Assembly (NCBI GenBank): GCA_965153285.1
Contig: OZ229113.1
DNA: 64,000 nt
Reading direction: 5' to 3' (one strand)
Source: Podarcis tiliguerta
Taxonomy: Eukaryota
This document shows positions 51,353-64,000 of this stretch, piece after piece (the stretch's first letter is position 1; each line of letters begins with the position of its first letter). The notes beneath the pieces were generated by a model. The model ran no database searches and was not told where the DNA came from. It was given only the letters and a program-made list of their open reading frames with translations. A program made the position numbers and the translations under genes.

Positions 51353-51852
51353 AATTCTCAAAACAGGGAAGAAGTCACATTTTTATTCTTTATTAATTTA
51401 TTATATGTTCACAAAGCAGTTGTATATTTAAGATATGCCAGCTGATGGGCTATAAGATATGGCAAATGCTATGCTGGTACAATGCAAGACCTGCTACTCT
51501 GAGGTAAGGATGTTAGAGAATTCTGAAGACAACAGAAATGGGAGTGGAAATTGCCACTATTCCCTTATTTGCACCATATTCAAAACAGAAATCAATGCAG
51601 TGAATACAATTGGTATTTGCTATTGTTGTTGCTTTCAGTATGCAAATGGTACGTCATTTATTGTGTTATCGCTCCATTTGCATTCTGTTTACATTGAAAT
51701 GTAGGGGGTAGAACAACATAATGGCAAGCAACGTAATTAACTGCATAATTTACATAAGCTACATATTTTCACCATAGCAGCCAGCAAGACAGTGGCTGGA
51801 TCTAGACACATCAAATAAGTGTTTCAGTTTAAAGTGTTGTAAATGTAAACAT

Positions 51853-52198
51853 GGGTGGTGCTGTGGTCTAAACCACAGAGCCTAGGGCTTGCCGATCAGA
51901 AGGTCAGCGGTTCGAATCCCCACGACAGGGTGAGCTCCTGTCACTCGGTCCCTGCTTCTGCCAACCTAGCAGTTTGAAAGCACGTCAAAGTGCAAGTAGA
52001 AAAATAGGTACTGCTCTGGCGGGAAGGTAAACGGCGTTTCTGTGTGCTGCTCTGGTTCGCCAGAAATGGCTTAGTCATGCTAGCCACATGACCCGGAAGC
52101 TGTACGCTGGCTCCCTCGGCCAGTAAAGCAAGATGAGCGCCGCAACCCCAGAGTCGTACGTGACTTGACCTTACGGTCAGGGGTCCCTTTACCTTTAC
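51853..52198 (+). mobile_element. Sauria SINE
   Basis: A and B boxes (GGTTCGAATCCC); family core; CCTTTACCTTTAC tail. Confidence 0.92.
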
Positions 52199-53111
52199 TA
52201 AATTTAAACAAAGAAAATGGGTAGAGAAAACGGGACTCCACATCACCATCTGGTGGCACAATGTTATATCGCATATACAACACACATAAATTGCTTTTTC
52301 TTTACCAGTCTAGCTGAGTCCAATGTTGTTTTTGACAGAAGGTGAATGGCAGTGAAATGGAAACAATGCTGCATATGACAGATACAGGGAGGAATGGAAA
52401 ACGATGCTTTCTTGGATACCTACTCCCATGACTGATATAACAGTGGAATGCCTCAGATATGTGTAAACTCAGGATTTCAAACAATGTGGAGAAAACCTAT
52501 GTGTACTGTGCATGTGTAAACTCTGCACAAGATGTGTGTGCAGTTTGGGGTGGAGCCTATTGCCCCAATTCCATGTGGCTTCAGACTTGTGGGAATAGAA
52601 TGGAATCTGGCTTGGACAGATAGCAGTGCCCTCTTCCAATCTGTTTAGTTCAGCTCTCTGCTATTGTAATTTCAGTCACATTTTAATGCTGTAAAAAGGC
52701 AATATTCAACAGTATTCCCTCAGCTTGTAGCACCCTTCTACCTTCCCCTGTTCTGGCTTCCTGAGCCCCCTGGTATTGCAATTTAGGAATAGTCTGGTTT
52801 GTCAGCAAACGTTTCAATAATAATAATAAAGTGTCCTCTATTGCTATGTTCTCAGGATGAAAATTATGAATTTCTAGAGTAAAGCGTAACAGCACAGTCA
52901 TTGTGAACCTAACATTTTGTTTTTTTCAGCAATATCTTCCTTCTGAACCTTTAAGGTGAACCCATTTTGCTGTGTCATTCTAAAGAAGCAAGTCCTTACT
53001 CATGCTGTTTGTCTTACCAGAGCGAAACCACAAAGTATCATAATAACCCAAGTTAAAAGTGTAGCAAAAATGTGTTAATATGTTCTAATGTGGCTTAGAA
53101 AAAAATTGCTA

Positions 53112-53335
53112 CAGTGGTACCTCGGGTTATATACGCTTCAGGTTACAGACGCTTCAGGTTACAGACTCCGCTAACCCAGAAATAGTGCTTCAGGTTAAGA
53201 ACTTTGCTTCAGGATGAGTACAGAATCGTGCTCCATTGGTGCGCCGGCAGCAGGAGGCCCTATTAGCTAAAGTGGTGCTTCGGGTTAAGAACGGACCTCC
53301 AGAACGAATTAAGTACTTAACCTGAGGTATCACTG
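53112..53335. mobile_element. Tc1/mariner (Tigger-like) MITE
   Basis: TIRs and TA TSD as in 3034-3247. Confidence 0.9.
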
Positions 53336-55879
53336 TATTTGTCTTGTTCTCAACCTGTGTTTTAATGAATTCAGCTTGACAGCGTTTCCTTCCACCTGTC
53401 AAATTGGTGGTACCAATAAGATAGTTGGCAAACTGATCCTGGTAGCAAACCTCAGAGTTGCATGGAGTCACATGGGCACCTTAAACACTCAGATCACGTT
53501 CAAGGAATGTCCCTGTGCCCACCAAAGGTGAATTTGGATCTCAGAAAATACAAAAGAGGGTGCTTGCTTTTAATAAAGGTGGGGTCATGCGTACTGAATG
53601 GAAGCCATCACTGACAAGGCTGAATTTGAGGTGTTGCCTGGATTAAATGTGGCAATGGGTATGGAAGATTATTAGGCCTGCACATACATAACTCGTTGGT
53701 CGTATGTTCATTACTGCAGGGGGATTCCCGTTCACATCAGCCGCTCTGGAGAAGAGGTCTGGCAAGAACCAGTGGGGCTTTCCTACTCGACTTGGGCTGC
53801 CTCTGATGTCTTACACTCATGCTGAGCTCTTTATTCAGAGTGAGCTCAGAATTCCAGTTAAACTGGCCTTCTTTTAAATTATTAATCTTTGGATAATAAT
53901 TCCAGCATCTCCTCTACTTATGGACTGGATTTTGTGGCACTGCAGCATGTGAGCTCCCTCCACTGGCAGTTTATTTTTAATTGAATATGGAATGTGGAGT
54001 TACTCCTTTTTCTTTCTTTGAAGAACCCGAGGTTCTTGCCGTTTTATCCTCACAAAGTCCCTGTGAGGTATATTAAACTGAAAGTGTGTGGTTAGCCCAA
54101 CGGCACCTAGTGGGCTTAATTATTATTAATATTTTATTAATTTCATTAATTAGTCACTTTTAAAAAAAAAAAAAGTCTCAAAGCAACTTTATAAAAATAA
54201 ATGACTATGGATCTGAATCCAGGTCTTCCACCCATGAGGCCATGCTGTTTTTCCTCCTCCCTTTGCTAACAAATCATACCATGAAATAAAAAAAGGAAAC
54301 TGACATGTACACAATCAATTTCTACTTGACAATACCGTATTTGACAGCAGTAAAATAATAGGTAGCCTGTTGTCAATATTGGACTGGTCAATTGCCTGAT
54401 GTGCCAAGCTTATTGCTGATATAATTTGAGAAGTGAGATACTAGGAAGGCCAATGGAAGTGGCCTCATTATTTTTTTTAAAAAAGGAAGAACTGAAATCA
54501 TTCCAAATATTTAGGGGCTTGATGAATTAAACAGAGTAAACTCTGAACCAGCAGCTGTTTTGTGTGTGAAAGGTCTGGAATAGTACTAATTATAGCAGAA
54601 TCAACGGTCACCATAATCAATGGACAAATACACAGTTGAATCATGATTATTATTTCTCCTAATTAGACTGACCATATTTGCTTTCCACCTAGTTTTATTA
54701 CAGTGCATTTCTGCCATACAGTATAAACTGAAGAATTCACATAATATGAATCTGAAGGAAGACAGAAGACATGGCTTGGACCTTGTTCTGTTTGAAACTA
54801 AGTTTAATGAATGCAAGATCTTGAGAAGACCAGATGCAAGCAAGGGAGGGATGTTATACCTGTAAAAATGGTGCAGAAGAGAGAGAATCTCAGTAGGTTC
54901 AGCTTTTATTATGTCTCCAACACTTTGACATAAAAAGCAACATTGAAAAAAAAAATCCTTTCCATCTGGCACCACTATTTTGGAACAAGGAACACAGCAC
55001 TTATTTGCTATGACATAAGTTTCTAATTGGAACACTGCAACATACGCAAAAAAGTGAAATAAAATAATTCCCTGCGAACTACGTTATAGGCAATGAACGA
55101 TATGTGACCTGTACAGTAGCTATTTTTATTAGGTACAGATAAAGCTTATTTCTGTGGGCCAATCAAAACATGTATTTTATATTCTTTATCCTTTGGCCTT
55201 TACTTCAGTTGATCATAGTAACTGCCATCCAGCAAATGTTAGGCTTCTGATGAATTAGATTATTTGTAGAGTACATACTGATATATGTTCATATAAATAG
55301 CTATAAATTGCCACAGAAAAAGTAGCTGTTGCACAGCTCCTTCCTTCTCAAAGGCTTTGAAGGAAGCTGCCAGAAGAGGTCCATCAATCAATCCACTTCA
55401 AAACTATTAAGAAGAAAATGCAAGACTTGCATATTTTGTCACACATTTCAGTTATGAAATGACTGGATGGCATTGTTTTGTTGCTCTGTGGGAGAGCAAA
55501 TAGTATAATTAAAGTGTTTTCCTCTTCTTTTTTATCATTATAACGTCTTACATTTGAAGACCAAAGGCAGACTAGAAAAATCTGGGTAAATCATTCGGAC
55601 CTGAACTTGAAGCAAAATATGCATCACAGACCCATTACTTATTACAGTATTTTGTGTATTATTTTGTGTATTGGATAGTACTCTTGCACGCACAAAGACT
55701 GAGCTGCTGCTGCTACCCATCCGCTGAGTAATTAAAAGTACTCGTCACCTTAACAATAATAGCTTTCCCCAAATAATTATGGGAACCATAGTTTAAGGGT
55801 GCTGGGAACTGTAGCTCTGTTAAGAGCAGCAAATTGTTAGCTGTTTAATACTGAATTTATTAGGTGCCAGGGTCGGGGG

Positions 55880-56760
55880 AAGAAACATTCGCGGCATTAT
55901 TCCGCCTCGGGTGCCGAACTAACTCGACCAGCCTTGGGTACTACTATGGAAGGCAACATCTGCCGCTCCGCCTCAGGCGGCGAAATGCCTCGAGGCGACC
56001 CTTCTCCCCACACGAGCGCAGCAGAGATGGACCGACTTCCGCTCCCTCGCATTCAGCGGGGAGGAGGGGGCCTCGCTCGGAACGTCAACGGACGCCTTCA
56101 CGGGAGGGAGCGCATGCGCAGCTGAGGGAGTAGGCGGGGACACCAAGGCGGGGCTGGGAGGAGGGAGCCGAGGGAGGAGGGCGAGCGTCAGCTGGCACCA
56201 GCGCCCAATCGGCGAAGAGCTCGTGGAGGCGGCTGTGATGTTGTCACCTGACTGTGGTCGGGCAGCGCAGCGCCTGGAGAAGCCGCGGCGGAGCTGGCCC
56301 CGAGGCAGGGGGTCGAAGTGGCTCAGGCTCGCTTGAGGGAGCTGCGGGTGAGTAAGATGGCCGGCGGCGCTGGGGCGGAGGTGGAGGGAGAAACCCTCGC
56401 GCGGGCGGGCGGAGCGGGGCTCGTGGGCGGCGCGGCGGGTTGCGGGGACAGCGCGGCAGGGAGGGCGAGAGCGCAGGCGCACAACTCGCGAAAGGCTCCC
56501 CAGAGTCTGCATGTTTTCCTCCGCGTCCGGGTGGCGGGGGGGGGGGGGGTGGAGCAGGGCGAGGACGAGGCTCGGCTGCCCTTTCGAGCTCAGGCTGAGA
56601 AGTGGCTCGAGGGGCGGGTGGCGGAGTCGTGGAGGCGGCGGTGTCCGGGCCACAGGCATAGAAGCGCCTTCGCCGGGCTCTGGGTGCCTCGCGGTGGCTC
56701 CGCCAGTGTCCTCCCCCCCCCCGCACCCCGTGTAGTCTCTTCGGGGCAGAGACCCATCCC
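55880..56760 (+). promoter_or_regulatory. BACH1: CpG-island promoter, probably of BACH1
   Basis: Dense CpG; ETS ACTTCCG ~56035, NRF1 GCGCATGCGC ~56110-56119, GC boxes, CCAAT ~56205; gene identity from conserved CCT8-MAP3K7CL-BACH1 order only. Confidence 0.7.
56230..56347 (+). other. BACH1: Probable non-coding exon 1 of BACH1 (start approximate); the rest of the window would be intron 1
   Basis: Consensus donor CGG|GTGAGT at 56347/56348 downstream of CCAAT and GC boxes; YY1-like AAGATGGC follows; no BTB-domain coding exon in the window. Confidence 0.6.
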
Positions 56761-59700
56761 TCCTAATCCTTCGACCTTGTGATTATAGAGTCTGGTTGCC
56801 GGACCTTGGGGGGGGGGGTGCAGTCCGTGTGCCTTTTCTCCTGTGAGCAGGACTGACAATAGACCCGCTGGCCACAGAGTTACAAGGAGCTGGGTTGGTT
56901 TGCTGTGGACGAACCATCGCAAGCTACTGCAGTCTAAAGCTAAACACTCTGAGTAAGAATAAGGTTCGTCTGGGCTTAGTTGGACTTGGTTTTATGTCTT
57001 CCGTTTGAATAACGTCGGAATAAGTCGCATTGTCTGGGCCTACGGAATGCAACCTTTTAAGCCTACCTGACAGCTTCCTTTGAACGCCTGCTTTCTCCTG
57101 CTACATTCCATCTCAAGACTTTGTGCCCGATGCACTGGCATGGCTTTCCTGCCAGCCACGCTAGGTTTACTATCAGACCTGAAATGCTTTGCCTGTGTTT
57201 TGTGGCATTGTGATTGGCCTAATAGCGATTTTAGAATTCTGTGGTTGGTGAACAGCAGTTTTAAAAGCCACAACTTTTTAAAAGTGCAAGCAGCAAACAA
57301 ATAATTACAAATAGAAAATAAAAGCAATCCAAACCACTGGCAGCATTGAGTGAATGTGCTTAAAATGCAGCTTGAAGGATGCAATCCTAAACACACTTAA
57401 GGTACGTTCACTTTATCGCTTGCTCTGAATCCAGTGTGCAGTGTTCTCCCACTGCCAATTTTGGAAGCGGTATCTACATTGATCCATTATTTTCTTGAGA
57501 AACACTGCTGCTTTTCTGCTGAAAAACACTGATGAGTTTTTCTTCAAACCAGCTAAAATCCAACTGGGTTGGAATAGAATCAAAGAATTGGAGAGTTGGA
57601 AGGGATAAGTGGTAATGTGAACATTTAAGACAACCATCACAGATGACAGCTTCATGAACATGAGTTTTTGGGGGGTGGGTTGCAAGGGCATGGAAGCCAA
57701 AAAGGTCATGCATGTCATGTGAAGACATCCTTACCCCCTCTCTGTGGTGTGAGCAACACTATGCACATGTGGCTAGAAACACAGCAGGGAGAAATTATTT
57801 CACTGCGTTTAAGCTGCTAATGTGAACATACCCTTAATGATAAATCATTGTAGAAACTGTGTCCAAGTAAACATGTGCAGGATCAGCTGATCCCATATCT
57901 TCTGTGGACAGGATCATGAGGTTAGTTTGAAACATTGAGTGTTCCTCTTAGGGACATTGATAAAATGTGATGTCAAGAAGTTGAGTTAGAATTGTGAAGT
58001 GGAATGCTTCAAATTATAAAGAAAGTAGCCAAACATGTCTACTTGTAATGGGGGAGAAACCCATTGGATTTAGCAGCTGCATCTGACAGGTGAACATAGT
58101 AGATTAAAAGGCAAGTAGAGTACTTGAATGAGATCTTAATATGTCCCCTTGGTTGCACTTCGGCGAGGTCTGTTACAGATATATTACACCATTAATGTAT
58201 TACCTGAATTAAACAAAAAGCTTAATTGTATTTTCCAAAAGATATCTAGGCTCATGAAAAACTGCCAAGGTAAGGTAAACAATAAGCTGTGCCTTCTTTC
58301 CTCCTCCTGTTGTCTTTATTTTTCTTGGCAGCATGACATAAGCGTCTAGCTGTACCACAATAGATAAACAAGCCCAACTACATTTCATATCATTCCTCCT
58401 TCCCCTCCCCCATTTGAATTTGTGCCTCTGGATGCATGTTGGCTACGCTTGTTCTCTTACAAGATTTAGAAACAAATATAAATTGTTCGTTTCAAATCCC
58501 ATAAAACAACAGAAAATATAACAGATAAGGAAACCTCTTTGAGGCCTGCCTAAACTTGTATTTAGTAAACTTCTGAAGGCAAAAATTAACTTGTTTTTGT
58601 TTATCACCTTCAGCTCCAAATTCTGTACTGTTTTATCATGGACAGATTGTTTTATTTTGATTTTTAAAAAAATGTCTGTGATTTCATTATTATCATCTAT
58701 CACTTTGAACTTCATGGAAAATTGTCTAATAATATAGTAAATGAACCAAGTAGTTTAAAGCCTAGATCTCCCAACTTGGCCCATATAAGGTATTTTCTTC
58801 CTATGAATAATATGCTTAATCATAAACACCTGCATTGTAAGTCCATTGATTTCATTTGACCATAAGCATCTTGCCACCAATGAGACCCTTTTCATTCTGA
58901 CAAGGCTTCCTGCCCTTCTGAATCCTCAATAAGGACAGAGGTTCTCCCTGATGTTACCCTAAGTTTTGGAAGGGCTCTGAAATCGCTGAGATGTTGGAGC
59001 ATCTCTGAGGCTTATCTGGACAGGGACAAACCTACCCCTTCTACCTTGGAGCTGGAAAGAGCTTGGGGACATAACTCCCAGTCACACTTCACTCGGGAGG
59101 TGACTGGAGTACCTTTCAAGCTTAGTAGGAAATATATAAAATCCCATGCTTTCCATTTGGATGAAGGACAGAGTTGGAGGTGGATATAAATTTGTGTATC
59201 CTTGAATATAAGTGTTCTTAGTCTGCAATAGTGTACATTGTTGGAATAGGTTGACATGGGAATAAGCACCACTGAACATTATGGAGCTTACTTTTGGTTT
59301 AAAATATACTCAGGATTGGGCTATTAGGAGAGCAGTTCTCAAAGGATGAGTTGGGTTGTACTTGAGAGTGTGGAGCACCTGAAAGTGGAGAGTTCAAAGT
59401 TCCAGGTATGATTGGGTTCTGAAGTACTTGGAGCCTTTCTTCCTCACCAGCCAATATCTGGTTGGGTTCTATGCACTCAGTAAAGGAGTGCCACCAATCA
59501 GCATTAGATTTGTACAGGGAATGCATTTCCTACTCCATGATTTCAATTTGATTTGGGAAGGAAGAGCTGGTCTTTGGATGAAGCCATATGGTCTATACTA
59601 TTCCCCACCCCCCCCATTACAGTGTTGGTGTTGGACCAGTATAAGCAACTCTGCATAGTAATCTTCACACATTCAATCAGATTGCAGTGTGGGGAGCACA

Positions 59701-60088
59701 TGGGAAGTTCAGAAAGTCTAGAAAGACCTTGTTGTGCATGCTTACTCAAAAGCAAATTGCTTCCTACTGTTTTACAGTAGTCTATTGACTGATAACTCAA
59801 AAGTGTGATGAGGTTTAGGGATGATATAATTTGTGGTGGCACAGAATTATCTGTAGACTAGATAGCAATGGCATATTGATTGTTTTTAAAGTTGACTTTA
59901 ACTCTGTACAGTATAAGAGTATAATGTTTACAGTATAAGAGTAATGTTTCAGTCGAAAGGAAGCATATTGGTAAATGAAACCTAACACCTTCAGAACTAA
60001 TATTTAGATACCCAGCCCTGGAATCTTACACATATTTTCTTGGAAATAATCCACATTGAGTTCAATAGGCCCTAATCACAAGTAAGTA

Positions 60089-60308
60089 CAATGGTACCTC
60101 GGGTTACAGATGCTTCAGGTTACGCGATTTCGAGTTGTGTACCATGCCGAACCTGGAAGCACCAGAATGGGTTACGGCGCTCGCGCGTGTGCAGAATTGC
60201 TAAATCGCGCTATGTGCTGAAGTGTGACCTGTGCATGCACAGACGCGGCGCTGCGGGTTGCGAACGTGCCTCTCGCATGGATCACATTCGCAACCCGAGT
60301 TTCCACTG
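60089..60308. mobile_element. Tc1/mariner MITE, different CpG-rich subfamily
   Basis: Same TIR type and TA TSD, different internal sequence. Confidence 0.85.
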
Positions 60309-61696
60309 TATGTATTGGATTTCAGTTTTAATGAATGGCGGATTTCTGTTGTTCATTTTAGTGTGGCAGTACTAATTTGCTTCTTCTTAAACTTATTGGA
60401 AATAAATTTCTAAAACTGTCAAGTAATCTGTTTGGGACTGGGATACCAAGTTACAACCCTGTATTCAGGGGATGATCCTAATATTGGCCAGGCAGCAGTG
60501 GGGCTTAACGGAATAATAGACTATTGTTGCATCCGCAGCCCCCCCTTTCGCGTCAAGGACCTCCACGGCTGTGGCGTCTCCTCACCAGTGGAGCCCTCCT
60601 GGGCAGAGGGGCACCTGTGCCTCATCTAGATCTTCCATCATGGTGCATCAGGGGTTTTGATTGCTCTGCCCAGTGGACACAAATTTACAGGATTGCAGCT
60701 GCAAGCTAAGCAGTTTCAAGCACTTTGAATTAAGAGGTTTTAGGATAATACTAATTTGCATGCTAATTTGAAAAGCCCTGGAGTCATTTGTTACAGTTAA
60801 GACTTGTAAGAACGGTCACATTTTCACTAATTACTATTAGAGCTGCTTTGCGTAAAAATACCTTTGCATTTTTTACATCCTGAATGAGGTTATATAGTAA
60901 GGCTTCAACTAAATATAAGTTGAACTCTCTAAAATCAGTTTATATGTGCACTTCCTCATATCATATGAAGCTTTGACTTTAAAAATTGTAACACAGAGCA
61001 TGATTTCTACACCTATTATTGAAACAGACATTGAAAAGCTATATTGTCCCCAATTTCCAATTTATGTGGGTCTCTCTGATAAGTAGACACATGTCTACCC
61101 TAGGTTCCCTTGAGAGGAAGAGCAGGATATAAATTAAATAAACCCTTCTCATTGTATTTTTTTTTTTCATGGGGCTGACTTTTAGGAACACTTTAATGTA
61201 AGGAGAAAATGCTTTTAACTCTTTCACTTCCAGAAGCAATGCAATTCTATCCAAGCATCATGTTTGGCAGCTCTGTTGGTGATAGCAACCAACAGAAGGG
61301 TTAAATGTGGTGCTTTCGGGGAGTGGGTGACAACACATTGGTTTTCTTCTCCTGGTTTCTGGCATGATGATTGTTGATACATATCCCACTATCTAGCTCC
61401 AGGGCTCAAAAACTTTTTACCCCCCAGGGCTTCCTTGTGAAAGCTGAAAATTATCAGTTAGCAATTACATTGACATAAATTTCTGTTGATTCTTTGCTGC
61501 AACATTTTCCTTGTGGAGAGAAGTTTCCTGTAGCCAAGTATAAATATTTTTTCCTCCCATTCTTTTGTCCTTCAATACCTTCTTTTTCTTTTCCCTCTCT
61601 GAAATGGCCATCATCTTTTCCTCCTGCCCACTGAACATCTCTGTTTCCTGCCATGTTCATTCAACAGGCAAAGAGCTGCTGTTGCAGACATTAATC

Positions 61697-61900
61697 ATAG
61701 ACTCATAGAACTGTAGAATTGGAAGGGACCCCCCCCCCCAAAAAAAAATCCTGCACTGTTGGCCATACAACTGTTAAAAAAAAAAATTCCAACTCTCTCT
61801 AAAAGCTTCCAATGGAGAAGAGTCCATCACTTTCCAAGGGAGTCTCTTCCACCGTCAAACAGCTCTTATTTCCAGGAAGTTCTTCCTGATGTTTGGTCGG
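61697..61900 (-). mobile_element. CR1 3' fragment
   Basis: catagactcatagaactgtagaattggaagggaccc. Confidence 0.75.
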
Positions 61901-62126
61901 AAGAACTGCATGTTCAAGAGCACTTACACAGAACAATAATGCAAATGATGTTATTTGTAATTATTGCCCTCAAAGAGCTCAAAGTAGTATACATGGTTCT
62001 CCCATCTCAATTTCTATCCTCACAAGTAGACTAGTTTGATAATAAGGGGGTGACTAGACCAAGGTCACCCAGTGATCTTCATGGCTTTAGCAGGTATCTC
62101 TCCTAGTTTGACAGTCTGACAACATA

Positions 62127-62368
62127 CAGTGGTACCTGAGGTTACATACGCTTCAGGTTACATTTGCTTCAGGTTACAGACTCCGCTAACCCAGAAATAG
62201 TACCTCAGATTAAGAACTTTGCTTCAAAATGAGAACAGAAATCATGGTCCAGCGGCGCGGCGGCAGCAGGAGGCCCCATTAGCTAAAGTAGTGCTTCAGG
62301 TTAAGAACAGTTTCAGGTTAAGAACGGACTTCCAGAACGAATTAAGTACCTAACCTGAGGTACCACTG
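62127..62368. mobile_element. Tc1/mariner (Tigger-like) MITE
   Basis: TIRs CAGTGGTACCT / AGGTACCACTG; TA TSD. Confidence 0.9.
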
Positions 62369-64000
62369 TAATTTGTCACCGCACCTAATGATACAGATTT
62401 CTTCCAAGTGTGTATTTGTGAGCTCTGTTATGGACTCAATTAAGGTGCCTATTTCTTTTAACATTGGTTCACAACATTAATAAACATTCATTTTTATCAT
62501 GTTAATATATATCTCCTGTGTATATTCATTACACTAATATCCTCCAAGGAGCTCAGGGAAATATAAAGTGGTTCATCATTTTATTCTCACAGCAATCCTG
62601 AGAAGCAAGTTAGACTGAGAGATAAATACTGGCCCAAGCTCATCTAGCAGGATTTCAGGCTGTGTTGTTGTTGTTTTTTTAAAAAAGGTTCTTCCCGGTC
62701 CTAGTTTAACCATTTCCCCCAGTTTATATGCATGAATCATTTCAACATCCCTAAATCTAGAATATGTTTTTAATCATATAGTGCCCCCCCATAACAGTCA
62801 TTAAAATGCTTGCAGTGGATCGCCATAATAACCAAAATACTCAAAATAAATTGAGTATTTAATAGGGGGGGAAATTCTGGTCACTTTAAAGTAAGGTTGC
62901 TCAAGTGAGGCAGTAACTTTTTCAGTAAAATGCTGTTTCATGCCATGTCAGCATAACATAATGAATCAGCAGCTCTTAACTATTGCAGGCACTCATTCGA
63001 AGCGTATCTCTTCCCCCATAAACGGGGAGGTGGTTGGGGTGGGGTTAGATAGCCAACTGTCATTTAATAGCTACTGCTACTTGTCTGTGTAAATGTCCTA
63101 AGTGGACAGCTTTTATCCCCCCATATTTTACACCAGTTGGGAAATGCGTTGTCAACAAAAGAAAATATTTTTAGGTTGGATTGTCAGATGCATCTATATT
63201 AAATCTGTACACTTTTCTTCTTTGAATACAGTATTATCCAGTTGCCTTTATTCTGTTAGTTAACATTGAAATAATCTTGTTTTATATTGGACAGCAATAT
63301 TGCATGGTGGAAACCTTTGTGTTGCAACTTAAGGCACTATTCTTCTCCCTAGACACTAATTAATGAAAGTTGTGCAGTTTAGTTCTGAAATGGAAGTCTT
63401 TGCTTGAGTCAATGCAGATTTTCTGTTCAAGGGTTGGGCTCAGTATAGACCTGTGGTTTAGTAGTAGCTTCTCAAAGTTACAACATTATAAACTAATTCT
63501 TTCCTTCTTCTGAAACTTAAATCTTTTCCATACATCATGGTTGAATAAATGATATTGCAGTCCAACATACTTTCCAAAAAATTAGGAAGACTTTTACTAA
63601 TTTTATTTTAGTTTTAAAAAACTTTCCCCAATGGTACAGGGAAGTAACAGCATATTTATAAAGGTTTAAATCTACAAACTAACATGTCCATTTTTTTCAC
63701 ATTTATACTAATTTTCGATCCTAATTCAGTCCTAAGCACTACCTTGGGGATGTCTTACTAAGGAACTTTTCATAGCCTTCTGATTTGTTTTACGTATGCT
63801 TACAATCTCCTGTGACTTAGAATAGAGCAGGTTCAAAACACAGATACAGTGTAGCACACCTTATAATTTGGGTTTTTAGCAAAGGCAGTCATGAGATGTT
63901 TTCCGAACATGAATGTGGACAATTGTGGGATATCCTGGCAACCAGAATATGCCTTTCCTAAGGGTAAATACTGTTCCCCATGTCCTGCATGGAGGACTAG

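Noticed and set aside
55864-56922. Long Arg/Pro/Gly-rich ORFs on both strands
   Set aside because: By-product of stop-codon scarcity in a CpG island; no recognisable domain
60432-60709. GC-richer patch with short ORFs as a BACH1 exon or retroviral fragment
   Set aside because: No BTB/bZIP or gag/pol similarity recognised and no clear splice pair

Overview
Vertebrate genomic DNA, most likely from a lacertid-type lizard (inferred from the Sauria SINE, Squam3-like SINE, Bov-B and lizard MITE content). It covers the CCT8 - MAP3K7CL - BACH1 block, syntenic with human 21q21.3. The window holds CCT8 exons 1-5 (minus strand, continuing past the left edge), the complete 142-aa MAP3K7CL coding sequence (four coding exons plus a probable non-coding first exon, plus strand), and a CpG-island promoter with a non-coding first exon that by gene order should be BACH1 (no BACH1 coding exon seen). 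The rest is intronic or intergenic with many transposon relics: Bov-B, another RTE-clade LINE, CR1, L2, L1, Penelope-like, SINEs and Tc1/mariner, hAT and Harbinger MITEs. Most notable observations: (i) a perfect 34-bp inverted repeat with a 4-nt loop in a MAP3K7CL intron, a possible newly born hairpin RNA; (ii) a minimal hammerhead-ribozyme motif inside a fold-back Penelope-like relic; (iii) a frameshifted match near 8.9-9.05 kb to an exon of the long human MAP3K7CL isoform, carrying NF-kB and NR5A-type motifs; (iv) templated palindromic repeats at the Bov-B 5' junction. Family names and orthologue comparisons are from memory and were not database-checked.
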